The notes under the pieces were generated by a model. The model was given only the letters and a program-made list of their open reading frames with translations, was not told the DNA's origin and did not search any database. A stretch of DNA of 64,000 nt from Histomonas meleagridis 2922-C6/04-290x (lineage: Eukaryota; Protista; Parabasalia), in NCBI GenBank assembly GCA_020184695.1, contig JAANOX010000279.1:1-64000 (forward strand). Direction: 5' to 3'. Made by a program: the position numbers and the translations under genes. This document shows, one piece after another, positions 1-10,816 of the stretch (position 1 is the first letter of the stretch; each line of letters opens with the position of its first letter).

Positions 1-60
1 TAATAACTCATTAACGGCATCGTCGACGTTAGCATTAATAACGGATTCAGCAAAACACAT
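1..60 (-). CDS. 5' start of a gene running off the window (MCFAESVINANVDDAVNELL...)
   Basis: ATG at 60 after an A-rich leader, then 20 open codons to the window edge; product unknown. Confidence 0.3.
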   Translation of the reverse strand, partial: MCFAESVINANVDDAVNELL

Positions 61-449
61 CTCTCTTTTTAGTAAAATTAAAAAAATGATTTTTTTCGAA
101 ATTAGCTTTATTTTTTGATTCTTCTGAAATAATTAAAAATAGCTAGTCGGAAGTCATGATATCATATGTTTCAAAAACACATGGAAACACATAAAAACAT
201 ATCAAAAATGTGCAAAATTGATGGAAAAATAAGTATTTTAATGATTTTTGGTGTTGTCAAAGCTGAGCAAAAAAATGTCAGGTGGTTCAGCTTCCCCCAT
301 TCGATCTGACACATGTGTCGGATGCAGAATCCTTCAAAAATGAGTAAAAATATAATGCCGGAACTAATGCTGCCATTTCTGATAAAAATAAATTTTCTTC
401 CGACATTTTTGCCATTTACAAAAATAACGGGTTCATTAATGATTTACAC

Positions 450-1112
450 TTACTTTTCAAATTCAGAATGATGTCTTTTTACAAATTCACCGAATTCATC
501 AATTTTACGTTCTGCATCTTCCAATCTTTGCTTAATTTTTTTATAATTTATGATAGCAGCACTTAAATCTTGCTGTTCCCAACAATTAAGATTGTATGCT
601 GAGTCACGGACGCCCCAACATTTTTGATTAACTAATTCCTGATTAACAGATGGCGCAATTTGTTTTGCAACTTCAACAAATACAGGTTTGGCATTTTCTA
701 TGGTATCCTGTAATTGTTTTTCTTCAAGTACTTCATGCACTTTATCGTTAATGCTATCCATAATCTTTCCAACAGTAATAGCATATTTTGGTGAAGCCCA
801 AATCGCTATATAGTTAATTAATCTCGGATCGACGTAAGTTCCTCTTAAATCCTTTGTAACACCTGAATTTAATACGTAATGGAACCCTCCCATTTTTGGG
901 AGGGTTGTATATTCATCACAAAATGCTTTATAATATTCTTGCCAGGAATGGTTTTCATTAATTTTAGCATATCTCTTATTAAATTGCTTGCACATTTCAG
1001 TTGCGTTTATGAATCCATCTTTTTCTCTAATTAATACTGCAATGCCGTTATATGTTCCGCGTACAAACTTTTCACCGTTGCAAATGATAGCTTGTTGTTC
1101 AACAAAACTCAT
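450..1112 (-). CDS. KilA-N domain protein (Maverick-associated type), intact
   Basis: GTYNGIAVLIREKDGFINATEMCKQF...RGTYVDPRLINYIAIWASP is a KilA-N signature; 220 aa with no interruptions. Confidence 0.85.
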   Translation of the reverse strand: MSFVEQQAIICNGEKFVRGTYNGIAVLIREKDGFINATEMCKQFNKRYAKINENHSWQEYYKAFCDEYTTLPKMGGFHYVLNSGVTKDLRGTYVDPRLINYIAIWASPKYAITVGKIMDSINDKVHEVLEEKQLQDTIENAKPVFVEVAKQIAPSVNQELVNQKCWGVRDSAYNLNCWEQQDLSAAIINYKKIKQRLEDAERKIDEFGEFVKRHHSEFEK

Positions 1113-1202
1113 TATTTTTAATAAAATAAAAAAATAATTTTTTTTAAAAAATTAACTGAGTTATTTTTGATCCGTCATTTATGACAAAAATGATGGGTTC
1201 AT

Positions 1203-3482
1203 TCATGATTTCATTAATGTCTTAATAGGATCTTCCTTTGTTTGACAGTAATCATCTAATTTATTCGTCAAGTGGTAATAATATGTTCCGTCAGCATGTT
1301 TTCCGATTCAATTTTCCGCCGATTTAAAATAAACTTCTGTAAATACATGTTCAACCTTAAATTTACCAAGTTCATCACCGAAAAATTATTTGTCTTTTAA
1401 TAATGAAAAGTCTTCCTCCGACACTAATGCAGAATCAACTTTTGAGTAATAAATATGTACCATTTCCTTTAGATTATTTATTTTATCATTAAAGTTCTTC
1501 AGAACATTTCTTGCGAATTGTGGATAATAATAATGTTCAACATAACTGTTAACAGTATCAACAAATCCACTGCGTTCGTCGTCGTTATAAGTATACTTCA
1601 GTACATACGGTGCAAATGTTTCGGTATAGTTATTTACATCATTCGTTCGCTTATGTTTTATATTACTTGGCTTCTTTATTGAAAATCCCCGAAAACTGTT
1701 CATCATAAATTTAATTGTTGTCGCTATTTTGTCGTTACCGTTCAGTTTTGCTTCTATTCGCTTTTGATATGATAATTCGATAAGTTCTTTTATTTTTGTA
1801 TTTTCTTCGCTAAAGTTTCCTTCTTCGTCCGGTATACCTGTCGGAATGCTTGTTACACTTGACATATAAGCTCCGTTAATATCGATATAATATAATTTTT
1901 GTTTTAAATAAATTTTACTCCATATAGTACGTGGAAATACTAATTCACTTTTAATCTTTTATGCTACATTTCCTGATAATTCATAAACGTTATCAAAGCA
2001 TCCGTATTCATACATGATCTTTTGCATTAAATCAGCAAATTTATAATATCTGGCAAAATTGATTTTAACACCTAATGAATTTACTAGCTCTTGTACTTCT
2101 TGTAAAGGTTCATGCACTTCATTATCGGCAGGAGTATATCCAAAGAATGACTTCGTTTGATTTACTCTCTTAACAAATGAAGGTAACTCCCTGTTATCAG
2201 GAATAACAATTTTTCGGAAACTATTATATTTTTCGCTCTTCCGCTCATAACTCCAACATAACTTATTAAATGTTTTTTGATTCATCGGAACCAATAATTG
2301 TTCTTCTTTCATGATATGTATTAATTTTTTAATACTTAAGCCTTTCTCACTGAATGAATATCTTTTATCATCATATTTTAATAGCATCATTTTTTGCTGA
2401 TGGTTCTTAGATCTTGGTTTTTCATTAATCCTATCATAATTCCTTAAGTAAAATTCACTAACATTAACATTATCACACAACATATAGTGATCATCAATAA
2501 TAATTGATTTTATCTTTTTATTGTACTGTTCGCCAAAACTGCAGTGTGAATTATTAATCTTACAGTAAACATTAACTTTTAACAGATCTGAAATCTTCTT
2601 TAACTCACTACGAGGAACAGTTCTTGTTGTAATAAATGATTTTAACATATTCATATATGTTTTTGAAAATAATTTGCTTGCCCCAAATGCTTGAATTAAA
2701 CATGAATCATTAATTTTATCATTATTTACTGAATTAAATATACCGAATTTTGTTAAATCAATATCTGTTTTATTGAGATATGAAAAGAATCCAGGATTAA
2801 TTCTTTTTCTTTTTTTGAGATCTCTAAATTCAAAATGAATTGATTTAATGTCGAGATAAGAATCTAAAGCAACTTTGTTTGAATCACTGATCTCTTTTTC
2901 TACTTCAAATAATGATTGAAGAAAGTCAACTGTATATTTGTTAGCATGCGCGTATTGAGGTTTGCCGTTTTCATCAATAATCGTCATTCTGATATTTTTA
3001 TTGATCCGAGGACCTATTTCTTTCATCGCTAACATTAGTGAGTATAAGAAGGAATCAACATTTCCGCGATAGCTAGAGCTATCGGAGATCAGCGATCCGT
3101 CAAAATTTATTGTAAAATCTTTTTGCTTCATTAAATCTTTAATCATTTTTTGTGTATTCTGAAAAACTTCTTGCTGAAATTCCTCTGTCTCATTTTTGAT
3201 ATAATCATCTTGTTTTTCCTTATATCTCTCGAATGATGATTTATACTTCGGTTCATTATCATCAATTGCCATATTCATAAATTGTGGAAAATCATATTCA
3301 CTTCTGCCCTTATTAATTCTATATCTTAACTGTTTAAGAGTAAGTCTTTCTTTTCTTCCTGTTTGCTCATCAATAACACTAATCGGTGTAGTATTATTTC
3401 TATATACGAAGTTTTCCGGTAAAGTATAACCATAACGTTCGAATAATTCTCTAATTTCTCTCGTACTATATTTTTTCGGCAT
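1203..3482 (-). pseudogene. Protein-primed family B DNA polymerase (Maverick pPolB), pseudogene
   Basis: ORFs 1959-3482 and 1386-1865 are one reading frame broken by in-frame stops at 1959-61 (TAA), 1386-88 (TAA) and 1308-10 (TGA). Read-through gives YYIDINGAYMS (motif A-like), KFMMNSFRG (motif B-like), YYSKVDS (motif C-like) and GDELGKFKVEH. Confidence 0.85.
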
Positions 3483-3682
3483 CCTTTATTATTTGTAAAA
3501 AAAAATAAATTAAAAAAAATTAGCTTAGTTTAGCATCTACTTATTTATAACTTATTTTTCCTGATGACTTGACAAACTTAGTTGAAATCCTTTTTTCGGA
3601 AAGAAATTCACACACATCGGAATAATTATACTTCAAATTATAAGTATTTTTATCTTTCTTAACATAAATTTTCGAAACACAA

Positions 3683-4120
3683 TTATACGAACTGCTTTCT
3701 GCAGCAACCTGCTTCTTGATCTGCTTTAAGTAATTCTACTTTTTCCGTATCACATAATAGCTGAATTAATATTATTAGTTCGTTTTCTTCAGCGATGACA
3801 TATTTATTAACTATCAGAGGATTATTTTCCACAATATCCAAACATAATACTAATGCTTGAATCAACATATCTTTATCATGAATCACTTTTTCAAGATTCG
3901 CTAGAGTTTCATTTGCTGTTTCAACACTTCGTTCTTTAATTTCGGGTTCTTCTGGCGAGACTGGTTTAACATCCGGATAGCTAACAGGAACTCTTTCATA
4001 GAGATTAACGACTACATTAACGTTTTGACTTTGACTTTGTTTTGGAGAATTAAGATTAGTTCCGACTTTTGCTAAAAATCCTTTTTAACATGAGATAACA
4101 CTACTTCTTGGTACCGACAT
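3683..4120 (-). pseudogene. Small Maverick gene with in-frame stop
   Basis: ATG at 4120 is in frame with ORF 3683-3886; single TAA at 4085-87. Confidence 0.55.
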
Positions 4121-4157
4121 TTATTTACCGTAAAAAAATATTTTTATTACTAATTAA

Positions 4158-4478
4158 ATGACTAACGTTTATGACTTCATTAAAGAATTAAAATTAAATA
4201 AAGTTATCACTACTAAACAATTACCTTTTATTGAAAACATATTCTTTTATGTTGATAATCTGACAATATATAAATATGTTATTAGTGTTCGCCCAGAATT
4301 ATTGAAACGAGCGAAACGTGTCGGATTAAAATTATTATATGACATTCATGATAACATTAATGTCAAAATTAAAGAACCATTAACTAATACAGCAAAAGGT
4401 AGATTTATTCTCATGATGTATGATCCCGGATATAGTGAAATTACAATTGTCGAAGGCGAAGACAAAAATATCAATTAA
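4158..4478 (+). CDS. Hypothetical 106-aa protein inside the Maverick
   Basis: ATG-initiated open frame between Maverick genes; no recognisable motif. Confidence 0.5.
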   Translation: MTNVYDFIKELKLNKVITTKQLPFIENIFFYVDNLTIYKYVISVRPELLKRAKRVGLKLLYDIHDNINVKIKEPLTNTAKGRFILMMYDPGYSEITIVEGEDKNIN

Positions 4479-4490
4479 AACACTTTATTT

Positions 4491-6103
4491 TTAACGAGCT
4501 GCTCCCATAATGATCTGCTCGATTGATGCGTTGGTGATTTCAATTTGTGCGCGACCTTCAGGTTTCATACTACGGACCTTCAATAGAGCGTCTTCGAAAT
4601 AGATTCCTGTCGGAGCAATGTAAGCTACATCCTTCATAGAAGTATCAGCCAATCGATCACCGAATAATTCAATTTGAACAGTTCCTGTTGTTGATATGCC
4701 TCCCTGGAAATCCTCGCCTTCAGCAAATGGTAGTCCTATGAAGAAATTACTGTTATCTTTACCGTGCCAAACTCTTGATTGAGTATTAACACCAGATGCG
4801 TTATAAGTATTTTTATAATAATAAGGTTAAACAGATGTTCTAAGATCTTTTGACAAAGAACTTAAATAACTTCCGTTAAGATTTACTGCATCCAAAAGCA
4901 TATTAATATTCCTGGGATCATCAACTGTTTAATAAGCTTCTCTAGGATAAATTTCACCATCAATATTAAAACTATATCTTATTTGTGGATTTAATAAGCA
5001 TGTTCTTGAATATTGTGATTGACGAAATACTGTAAACATAGTATCACAATGCTTTAATCCTATTGCTGCAGTCATGTTAAATGATGTTGAAGCAGATGTT
5101 AAATTGCTTCCTAATGGTTGTGTGAAGTCTCTTATTTGACAAACATGTATCGGAAAAAGCATTGGAACTTGAATATATTTAGCAGCAAGTGCGTTAAACA
5201 CATCCATTTTTAAGAGATATGTAGCAAGCTTAATTTTAACATCTTTTGTAACTTGTGTATGACAAACAAATTGCTGTGGTACATCCATTGTTGCGTAAGT
5301 TAAAGTATCGCTTCCTGAGACTTTAATGTTACTCTTAACTGTTTCATTAATGTTTCTAAATCCAAGATCACATAAATAATTACCTTCGACGACGGACTTT
5401 GCTGCTACAAGTGATTCGTGATCGCAAACAGGCGCAATAACTATATTTTGATATGATGGCATAAGTTCAAGAGAAAGCTTTCCGCTCCAGTTAGGATAAT
5501 ATCTCATATTAAATAATAATAAAGAATAAATTAATAGGAATTCTTCAAGGAATTTTAACAATAACTTCTTTGAATGCAGTAATAGCACTAAAGTCACAAT
5601 AAACTCCTGAAACCATTGGATCATGATTACGGATTTTTTTCTGAAGTCGCGAAACAATCATTTCCTGCTTTAGCTTCATCGGATAATGAATTGTATAGCA
5701 TAAACCACTCATACCTGGCATTATGAACGTCTTGAATTTTATCCGTATTTGAATAGACTCTATACTGATCAATAGCATCAGCAGAGCACTTATACCCAAC
5801 ATAATATACTTCAAACAGAAGATTTGATTGTGGTGGAACAGTTATTGGAACTTCTTGTTCTAAAGTAATATAACTATTATCTAATCCAATAATATTAAAC
5901 CTATCGGTGAGAATATCGACATAAGTTGTGTCACCTTCGTTAATGTCTCCAACATTTCCGTAAGAAGTAGCTGTAGTGTATTCATAATTACCTGGAATGA
6001 TTTCAGAAGCTTTAACCGCTTCATCAACTTCATTATACCAATCCTGTGATTTTCCTGACATAGCGTCAATAACGTTTGGTTGTTGATTCTGTGGCGCAAA
6101 CAT
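4491..6103 (-). pseudogene. Maverick structural (putative major capsid-like) protein, pseudogene
   Basis: Three overlapping ORFs (5627-6103, 5545-5814, 4929-5657) join through at least 2 frameshifts; the frame continues past TAA 4929-31 and TAA 4827-29 to ...NFFIGLPFAEGEDFQGGISTTGTVQIEL...EQIIMGAAR* at 4491. Capsid identity is inferred from beta-rich composition and context. Confidence 0.55.
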
Positions 6104-6144
6104 TTCTGAATGGTAAAATAAATAAAATCATCACATCTATTTTA

Positions 6145-7602
6145 TCAATTATTCACCGCTCCTTCTTGTTTACTCTTCATATCAATAAAAGCCGCAAGAT
6201 CTTTATCAAGTGATTGTAAATATTCTAAACTATATGTTGACGGATCATTTGATGCAGCATACTGATATTTAGGATTTTTCATATGAGATTCATTTGATAT
6301 TGGTGGAGGCACAATTTTATATTATTCATTAATTGAAGCCTTTACTAATTGTAACGCTTCGGCGTGACTAGCTAAATTATTTCTTGCTTCTGTTAATTGT
6401 TCTTCCATGTATTTAACTTGTGAGACGATGGACGCATCATTATTGTCAAGCATATATTGTGCTTTTTGCTGAGCAACACTACTTTTCCATAATTCTTCTT
6501 TTACTTTTAATGAATTCTTTAATTCTTCAGTTTTTTTATCCTCCATTATTGTTTGTTTTTCTTCTTCCACAATTTTATTTTGTAAGGCGACTGATTCTGG
6601 TGTCATATAATAATTAGCTGCTGCTTCTGTTTCTGCTAATTGTTTTGATAATTCGGAACGTTTTGCTCTAGCTTCTTCTAATTGTTTGTTTCGTTCAATA
6701 GCCATTTGTTTTTCCACATTAACAACAATTGCCTTTTTTAGATCTTCGCCTGGATCTGAAAAATCATTGTTTCCATTAATTTCAGTTATTTTATCTAAGA
6801 CAGCGTTTGAATGTATTTTTCGCATCATTTCTTTTTCAAGTAATTGTCGTTGTTCATTATATAACTTTTGGTCAAGCTCTTTTCCTCTTATCGATTGCTC
6901 TAATCTAATGTTTTCTTGAATAGCAGCAGTAATTTTATTTTTTTCTGCTTCATTTATCTTATCCATATCTTCTTTTTATAAAGCTGCTTGATATTGAGCT
7001 TTTGAGTTATAATTTTTTTCCAATACTTTTAAACGTTGTTCAGCAACTTTAGTTTGGTATGTTTTTAGATTATTTTCATGCTGTGCTTTAACTAATTTAG
7101 TCAAACCTGTTTCATCTTGATATTTTTTCGCTAGTTCTTGTACTTGTTTTTGTCTTTCATCCAGCATCTTATTTTTCGCCGTTAATGAATCAATTTCTTT
7201 TTTAACTTGACTTTGATCTATTTCTGCTTGTTGTTGTTGAATGTTCATCTCCTTTTCAGCAATTGCAGCTTTCATGAAATCACGTTTACTTTTCAGCTCA
7301 TTCAAATCAAAAGTATTCTTCAATCCTGCGTACTTCTTCGTCATTTCACGGTATGTATCTGTGAAACGATTAGCTTCTTCTTTTTCTTGTTCAGCTTTCC
7401 GCAACTGTTTTTCTTGTTCTTCAATATGTTTTTCCATAATCTTGCGCTGCTTCTGTTCTTCATTATATTTTTGCTCAGCTTCTTTAGTCGCCTTTTTCAT
7501 CTTTTGTTCTTGTTCATCAAGATACTTCTTACGTGCTAGCTCATCATCTTTTTCTCTCTTGGTATCATTAATTTGTTGTTGTCGAAAACTACTAAACACC
7601 AT
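6145..7602 (-). pseudogene. Long coiled-coil Maverick protein, 5'-truncated, two in-frame TAA
   Basis: ORFs 6976-7602 and 6322-6966 are in the same frame (TAA 6976-78, 9 nt, then ATG); the frame continues past TAA 6322-24 to TGA 6145-47; E/K/Q-rich heptads. Confidence 0.65.
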
Positions 7603-8374
7603 ACTAAATTTGTTGGTTTAACATAAAATTTTAATTCTATATCTTTAAATAATCGATTAGGATATAAATCAAATGCTTGTAAAGCTAAAATATCTTCGAA
7701 TGGTAAATTCATTTCAAATTCTATATCATGTGGTTTTCCATCTGCGATATCAACTAAATTTACATATGTACCACAAACTGATTGAGAATAATTTGATACA
7801 TTTTCATATAATGAATGTGTATATTTAAGTGTTTTCTTTTCAGAATATGGTTTAATTGTAGGATAACAATAACCTTCACGACAACATTCATTTTGTTGAT
7901 GACCTGCTGATATATTATTTGACATAATTTGTAATTGTTCTGATAATTGATTTGAACTCTTAAATCCGACAAATAATTTAATTAAATGGATATCATCTTG
8001 AAAATCTGGTATTTGTGTTCTCAATTGAATTGTTAATTTAACTTTAAAATTAATAAATCCTTCTGTAATTTGTGAAACCATATGATCGCCATGTGTGATT
8101 CTTAATCTAGTTTCTTGTGATTGATTAAATGGTGCATTTCGATCATGACAATGTTGATATACTCTCCATTCTTTAATTAATTTTTTTTATATTCACTTCT
8201 ATCTTTAGGAAATGTTTCAAGCATTTCTACACAAAGATCTGAAAATATTTCACTTTCTTCTTTTGTAATTTCTTGATTCATGATCTTGAGGTAAAATAAA
8301 TCATTTTCATTTACTATTTTCAAATAGAATAATTCATTAATAATTTGTTGATATAAATCCATATTATTTCTTAA
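7600..8374 (-). pseudogene. Second capsid-like Maverick gene, N-terminal fragment
   Basis: ORF 7536-8081 (FVGFKSSNQL...SVCGTYV...ILALQAFDLYP...FYVKP) parallels the 4491-6103 gene (YVGYKCS...VSGVYCD...NMRYYP). It extends upstream to 8175 and probably joins ORF 8177-8437 through an A8 homopolymer shift; truncated at ~7600. Confidence 0.5.
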
Positions 8375-8527
8375 GTATAAATTATGTAGATAACAAAAAA
8401 TTTCATAAATACAATTTGTTAAATTTGAAGTTGCCACAATTCGATCAACTTCAAATTTTTGATCATTTTCATCATTTGTACCTCATATTGCTCCTTGTGA
8501 AAGACTAGAAATACTATTCTGCGATAA

Positions 8528-8686
8528 TTGACTATTGTTTTGCGATAATATTTGACTATTGTTTCAGGAAATTATTCGACTATTATTTTGAGAAATTAAT
8601 TGACTATTATTTTGTGGTAAAAATTGACTATCAAAAAAAGGCAAAAATTCTTGACTACTAGTTGAAAGAAAAAAACTCTTGACTAT
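8528..8686 (+). repeat. Array of 7 T(T/C)GACTA(T/C) motifs with 24-28 bp period
   Basis: Copies start at 8528, 8552, 8576, 8600, 8624, 8651, 8679. Confidence 0.85.
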
Positions 8687-9127
8687 CGAACAAAAAAAAA
8701 TGAATTGTTTCCTTGACTTTGTAACACACCGATCAATAATTCATCATCTTTTCTTTTTAACTCTTTTTTTTTAACGTAAGCTTCATAATCAAAAGTTTGA
8801 TCCAGTTCTTTTTTTTGATCCGGAAGTGGAATTTTATTTTCTTTTTTCTTGAGATTCATTGATGAAGAAAACAGTAAAAAAATGAAACAAAAATAATCAA
8901 CATAAAGATTAATTTTTTTTTTTGGAATTTTGTCACAATTAAAAATAACCGTCGACAATCTATTGAAAATTATCTACAAAACCGAAAGTATTGAAATTGA
9001 ATAGGGCCTCGGAACTAATTTACAGTTGATTTGAGGGGAAAAAACCGCAAAAATGGTTAGATATTTTGGAATTGAATACTTTTCAATAGGGCCGAGAAAC
9101 ATCAAAATCTTGATATACACACGCAAT

Positions 9128-9220
9128 CATAGAAAAATAACCGCCGCTTCGCGGCGGTTATTTTTCAAAAGTTGTGATTTTTGTATCCCGTTAGGGACCA
9201 AAAATCACAACTTTTCTATG
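9128..9220. other. Y/T-shaped double hairpin
   Basis: GAAAAATAACCGCCGC-TTC-GCGGCGGTTATTTTTC (9132-9166, perfect 16 bp) immediately followed by AAAAGTTGTGATTTTT...AAAAATCACAACTTTT (9167-9215, perfect 16-bp arms), closed by CATAG/CTATG. Confidence 0.9.
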
Positions 9221-9242
9221 CTACTCTCAGTAAATCTTGATA

Positions 9243-9427
9243 CTGTTTATTATCTAAGTTTGAAATATTGTAACATTTTTATATATTGATGTATTTATTA
9301 ATTCTTAAAATATTACAATTTTTGAAAAAATGTCGTAGATATTTAATTTCATAATGCAATAAAATCAAAAATTCGTTCTATTACATTTTTAAACATTGTA
9401 TTATACGAATAATTATATGAGTAATTC
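9243..9427 (+). repeat. Dispersed repeat segment A, copy 1 (copy 2 at 13084-13268)
   Basis: 185-bp colinear match by eye, roughly 80% identical, e.g. TTGATGTATTTATTA.TTCTTAAAATA and CTATTACATTTTTAAACATT. Confidence 0.8.
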
Positions 9428-9759
9428 AAATTTATATGTGATAATTGGTGAGTTCTATTGATTTTAAGATCAAAAAATGAGTTTTTTGATATTTTGAGAT
9501 TATAATCAACGTTTTGTATCTGATTGTTGCTCAATATTTTAAACAAAAAATATTGTTATATAATAACATATGTTATTATTTTTTGTTTTTGTAATAAATA
9601 TGTTTAAAAGTGCAACTTACGATCAAAATGCATAGAAAAAATCTCAAAAGTTCAAATAAGAAAATCGGTTTATAAACATATTTATCTCGTAATTCTATAA
9701 ATTTAATTTGATTTATTAATAATTAAATGAATTGAATAAATATGTAAATTATAAATGAT

Positions 9760-10297
9760 GAGTTAAATACTAATATTATTCGTAATGGTTTCGTAATTTA
9801 CATTTGAAATTTTTATCTTTATATTTCCAATATCTCTCTATTACATTATTTTTATTGTTCCATTAAATAGTTTAATGTAATTTATTTCATTTTATCTTTT
9901 ATATCCATTGCTCTCTATTCATTATAAATTTTATTTTTCTGAAATTATATGAAATATGTTCGTTTCGAATTAAATTTTTTTGATGTATTTTTTCAATGCA
10001 TTTAAAATTTTTTGATATTACTCTTTCCTTTTTATTTATTTTAACATAAATCTCATAAAATTATTATAGATTTTGCAATATTCATTTGATTCGATAATAA
10101 TATTGCTTTTGGTTAAATTTTTTTTATTGTTCTTCTTTTTCGATTTCTTCTTCTTCCATATATTTTTGAATAAATTCATTATCATCTATATCATCATTAC
10201 TCTTTTCACTATATTCATCACTGCTTTCTAAATTTTCATCTGAAAGAACAAATTCAACATCATTTTCATCATCTTTTTCTGTTCCATCAAATCCCAT
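9760..10297 (-). pseudogene. Heavily decayed ORF with acidic N-terminus
   Basis: 57 open D/E-rich codons from ATG 10297, then a frame with many stops; identity unknown. Confidence 0.25.
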
Positions 10298-10356
10298 ATT
10301 TTTAAACTCGAGTTTTTGGATATTGATATTATTTTTTTATCTCTATAAAAGATCAA

Positions 10357-10443
10357 TGACGACCGGACACCAAGCGATTATCTCCAATGATGAAAAGTTC
10401 CTTAATGGTAGTTATAATGGTATAACTGTTTTAATAAGAGAAT
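10357..10443 (+). pseudogene. KilA-N 5' fragment
   Basis: HQAIISNDEKFLNGSYNGITVLIRE versus QQAIICNGEKFVRGTYNGIAVLIRE in 450-1112; truncated where the right IR arm begins. Confidence 0.7.
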
Positions 10444-10816
10444 TTGAACTTTTGAAGTATTTTCTATGCATTTTGATCGCAAGTTACACTTTTAAACTTA
10501 TTTATCTCGAAAATCAAAAATAATGGGATGCTAAAAATTTTAGCATTAATCAGATATAAAACGTTAATTATAATTTTAAAATATCAAAAAACTCATTTTT
10601 TTGATCTTAAAATGAATAGGACTCATCAATCACCAATATTGGTAAATTACATTTTCATTCAATTTTAAAACTATCAGTATTGAAAAATTTTTGTTGTTAT
10701 TATATAAGTTGGTTTGATTTAACGGGGTTTTTCTCGTGAAAACTCTATACAAATTTTAATTTTCAGATATCTGAACGTTCATTTGAAAACGGTTAACCTT
10801 TTTCTACATTCCAATT

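Larger units (their letters stand above)
450..8440 (-). mobile_element. Decayed, internally deleted Maverick/Polinton element
   Basis: Cluster of mostly co-oriented pPolB, capsid-like, coiled-coil and KilA-N genes, nearly all carrying nonsense or frameshift lesions; TIRs, integrase, ATPase and protease not seen, so boundaries are approximate. Confidence 0.8.
9421..10660. mobile_element. Non-autonomous element-like unit with long imperfect inverted repeats (segment B)
   Basis: 9421-9657 matches the reverse complement of 10441-10660, e.g. ATTTTAAGATCAAAAAATGAGTTTTTTGATATTTT and TTTTCTATGCATTTTGATCG.AAGTT.CACTTTTAAAC. Confidence 0.6.

Noticed and set aside
304-323. 20-bp near-palindrome ATCTGACACATGTGTCGGAT
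   Set aside because: Single short palindrome with no second copy or context; not enough to assign a function
8683-8958. 91-aa minus-strand ORF
   Set aside because: Starts at a non-ATG codon, is K/F-rich low complexity and has no motif; cannot be supported as a gene
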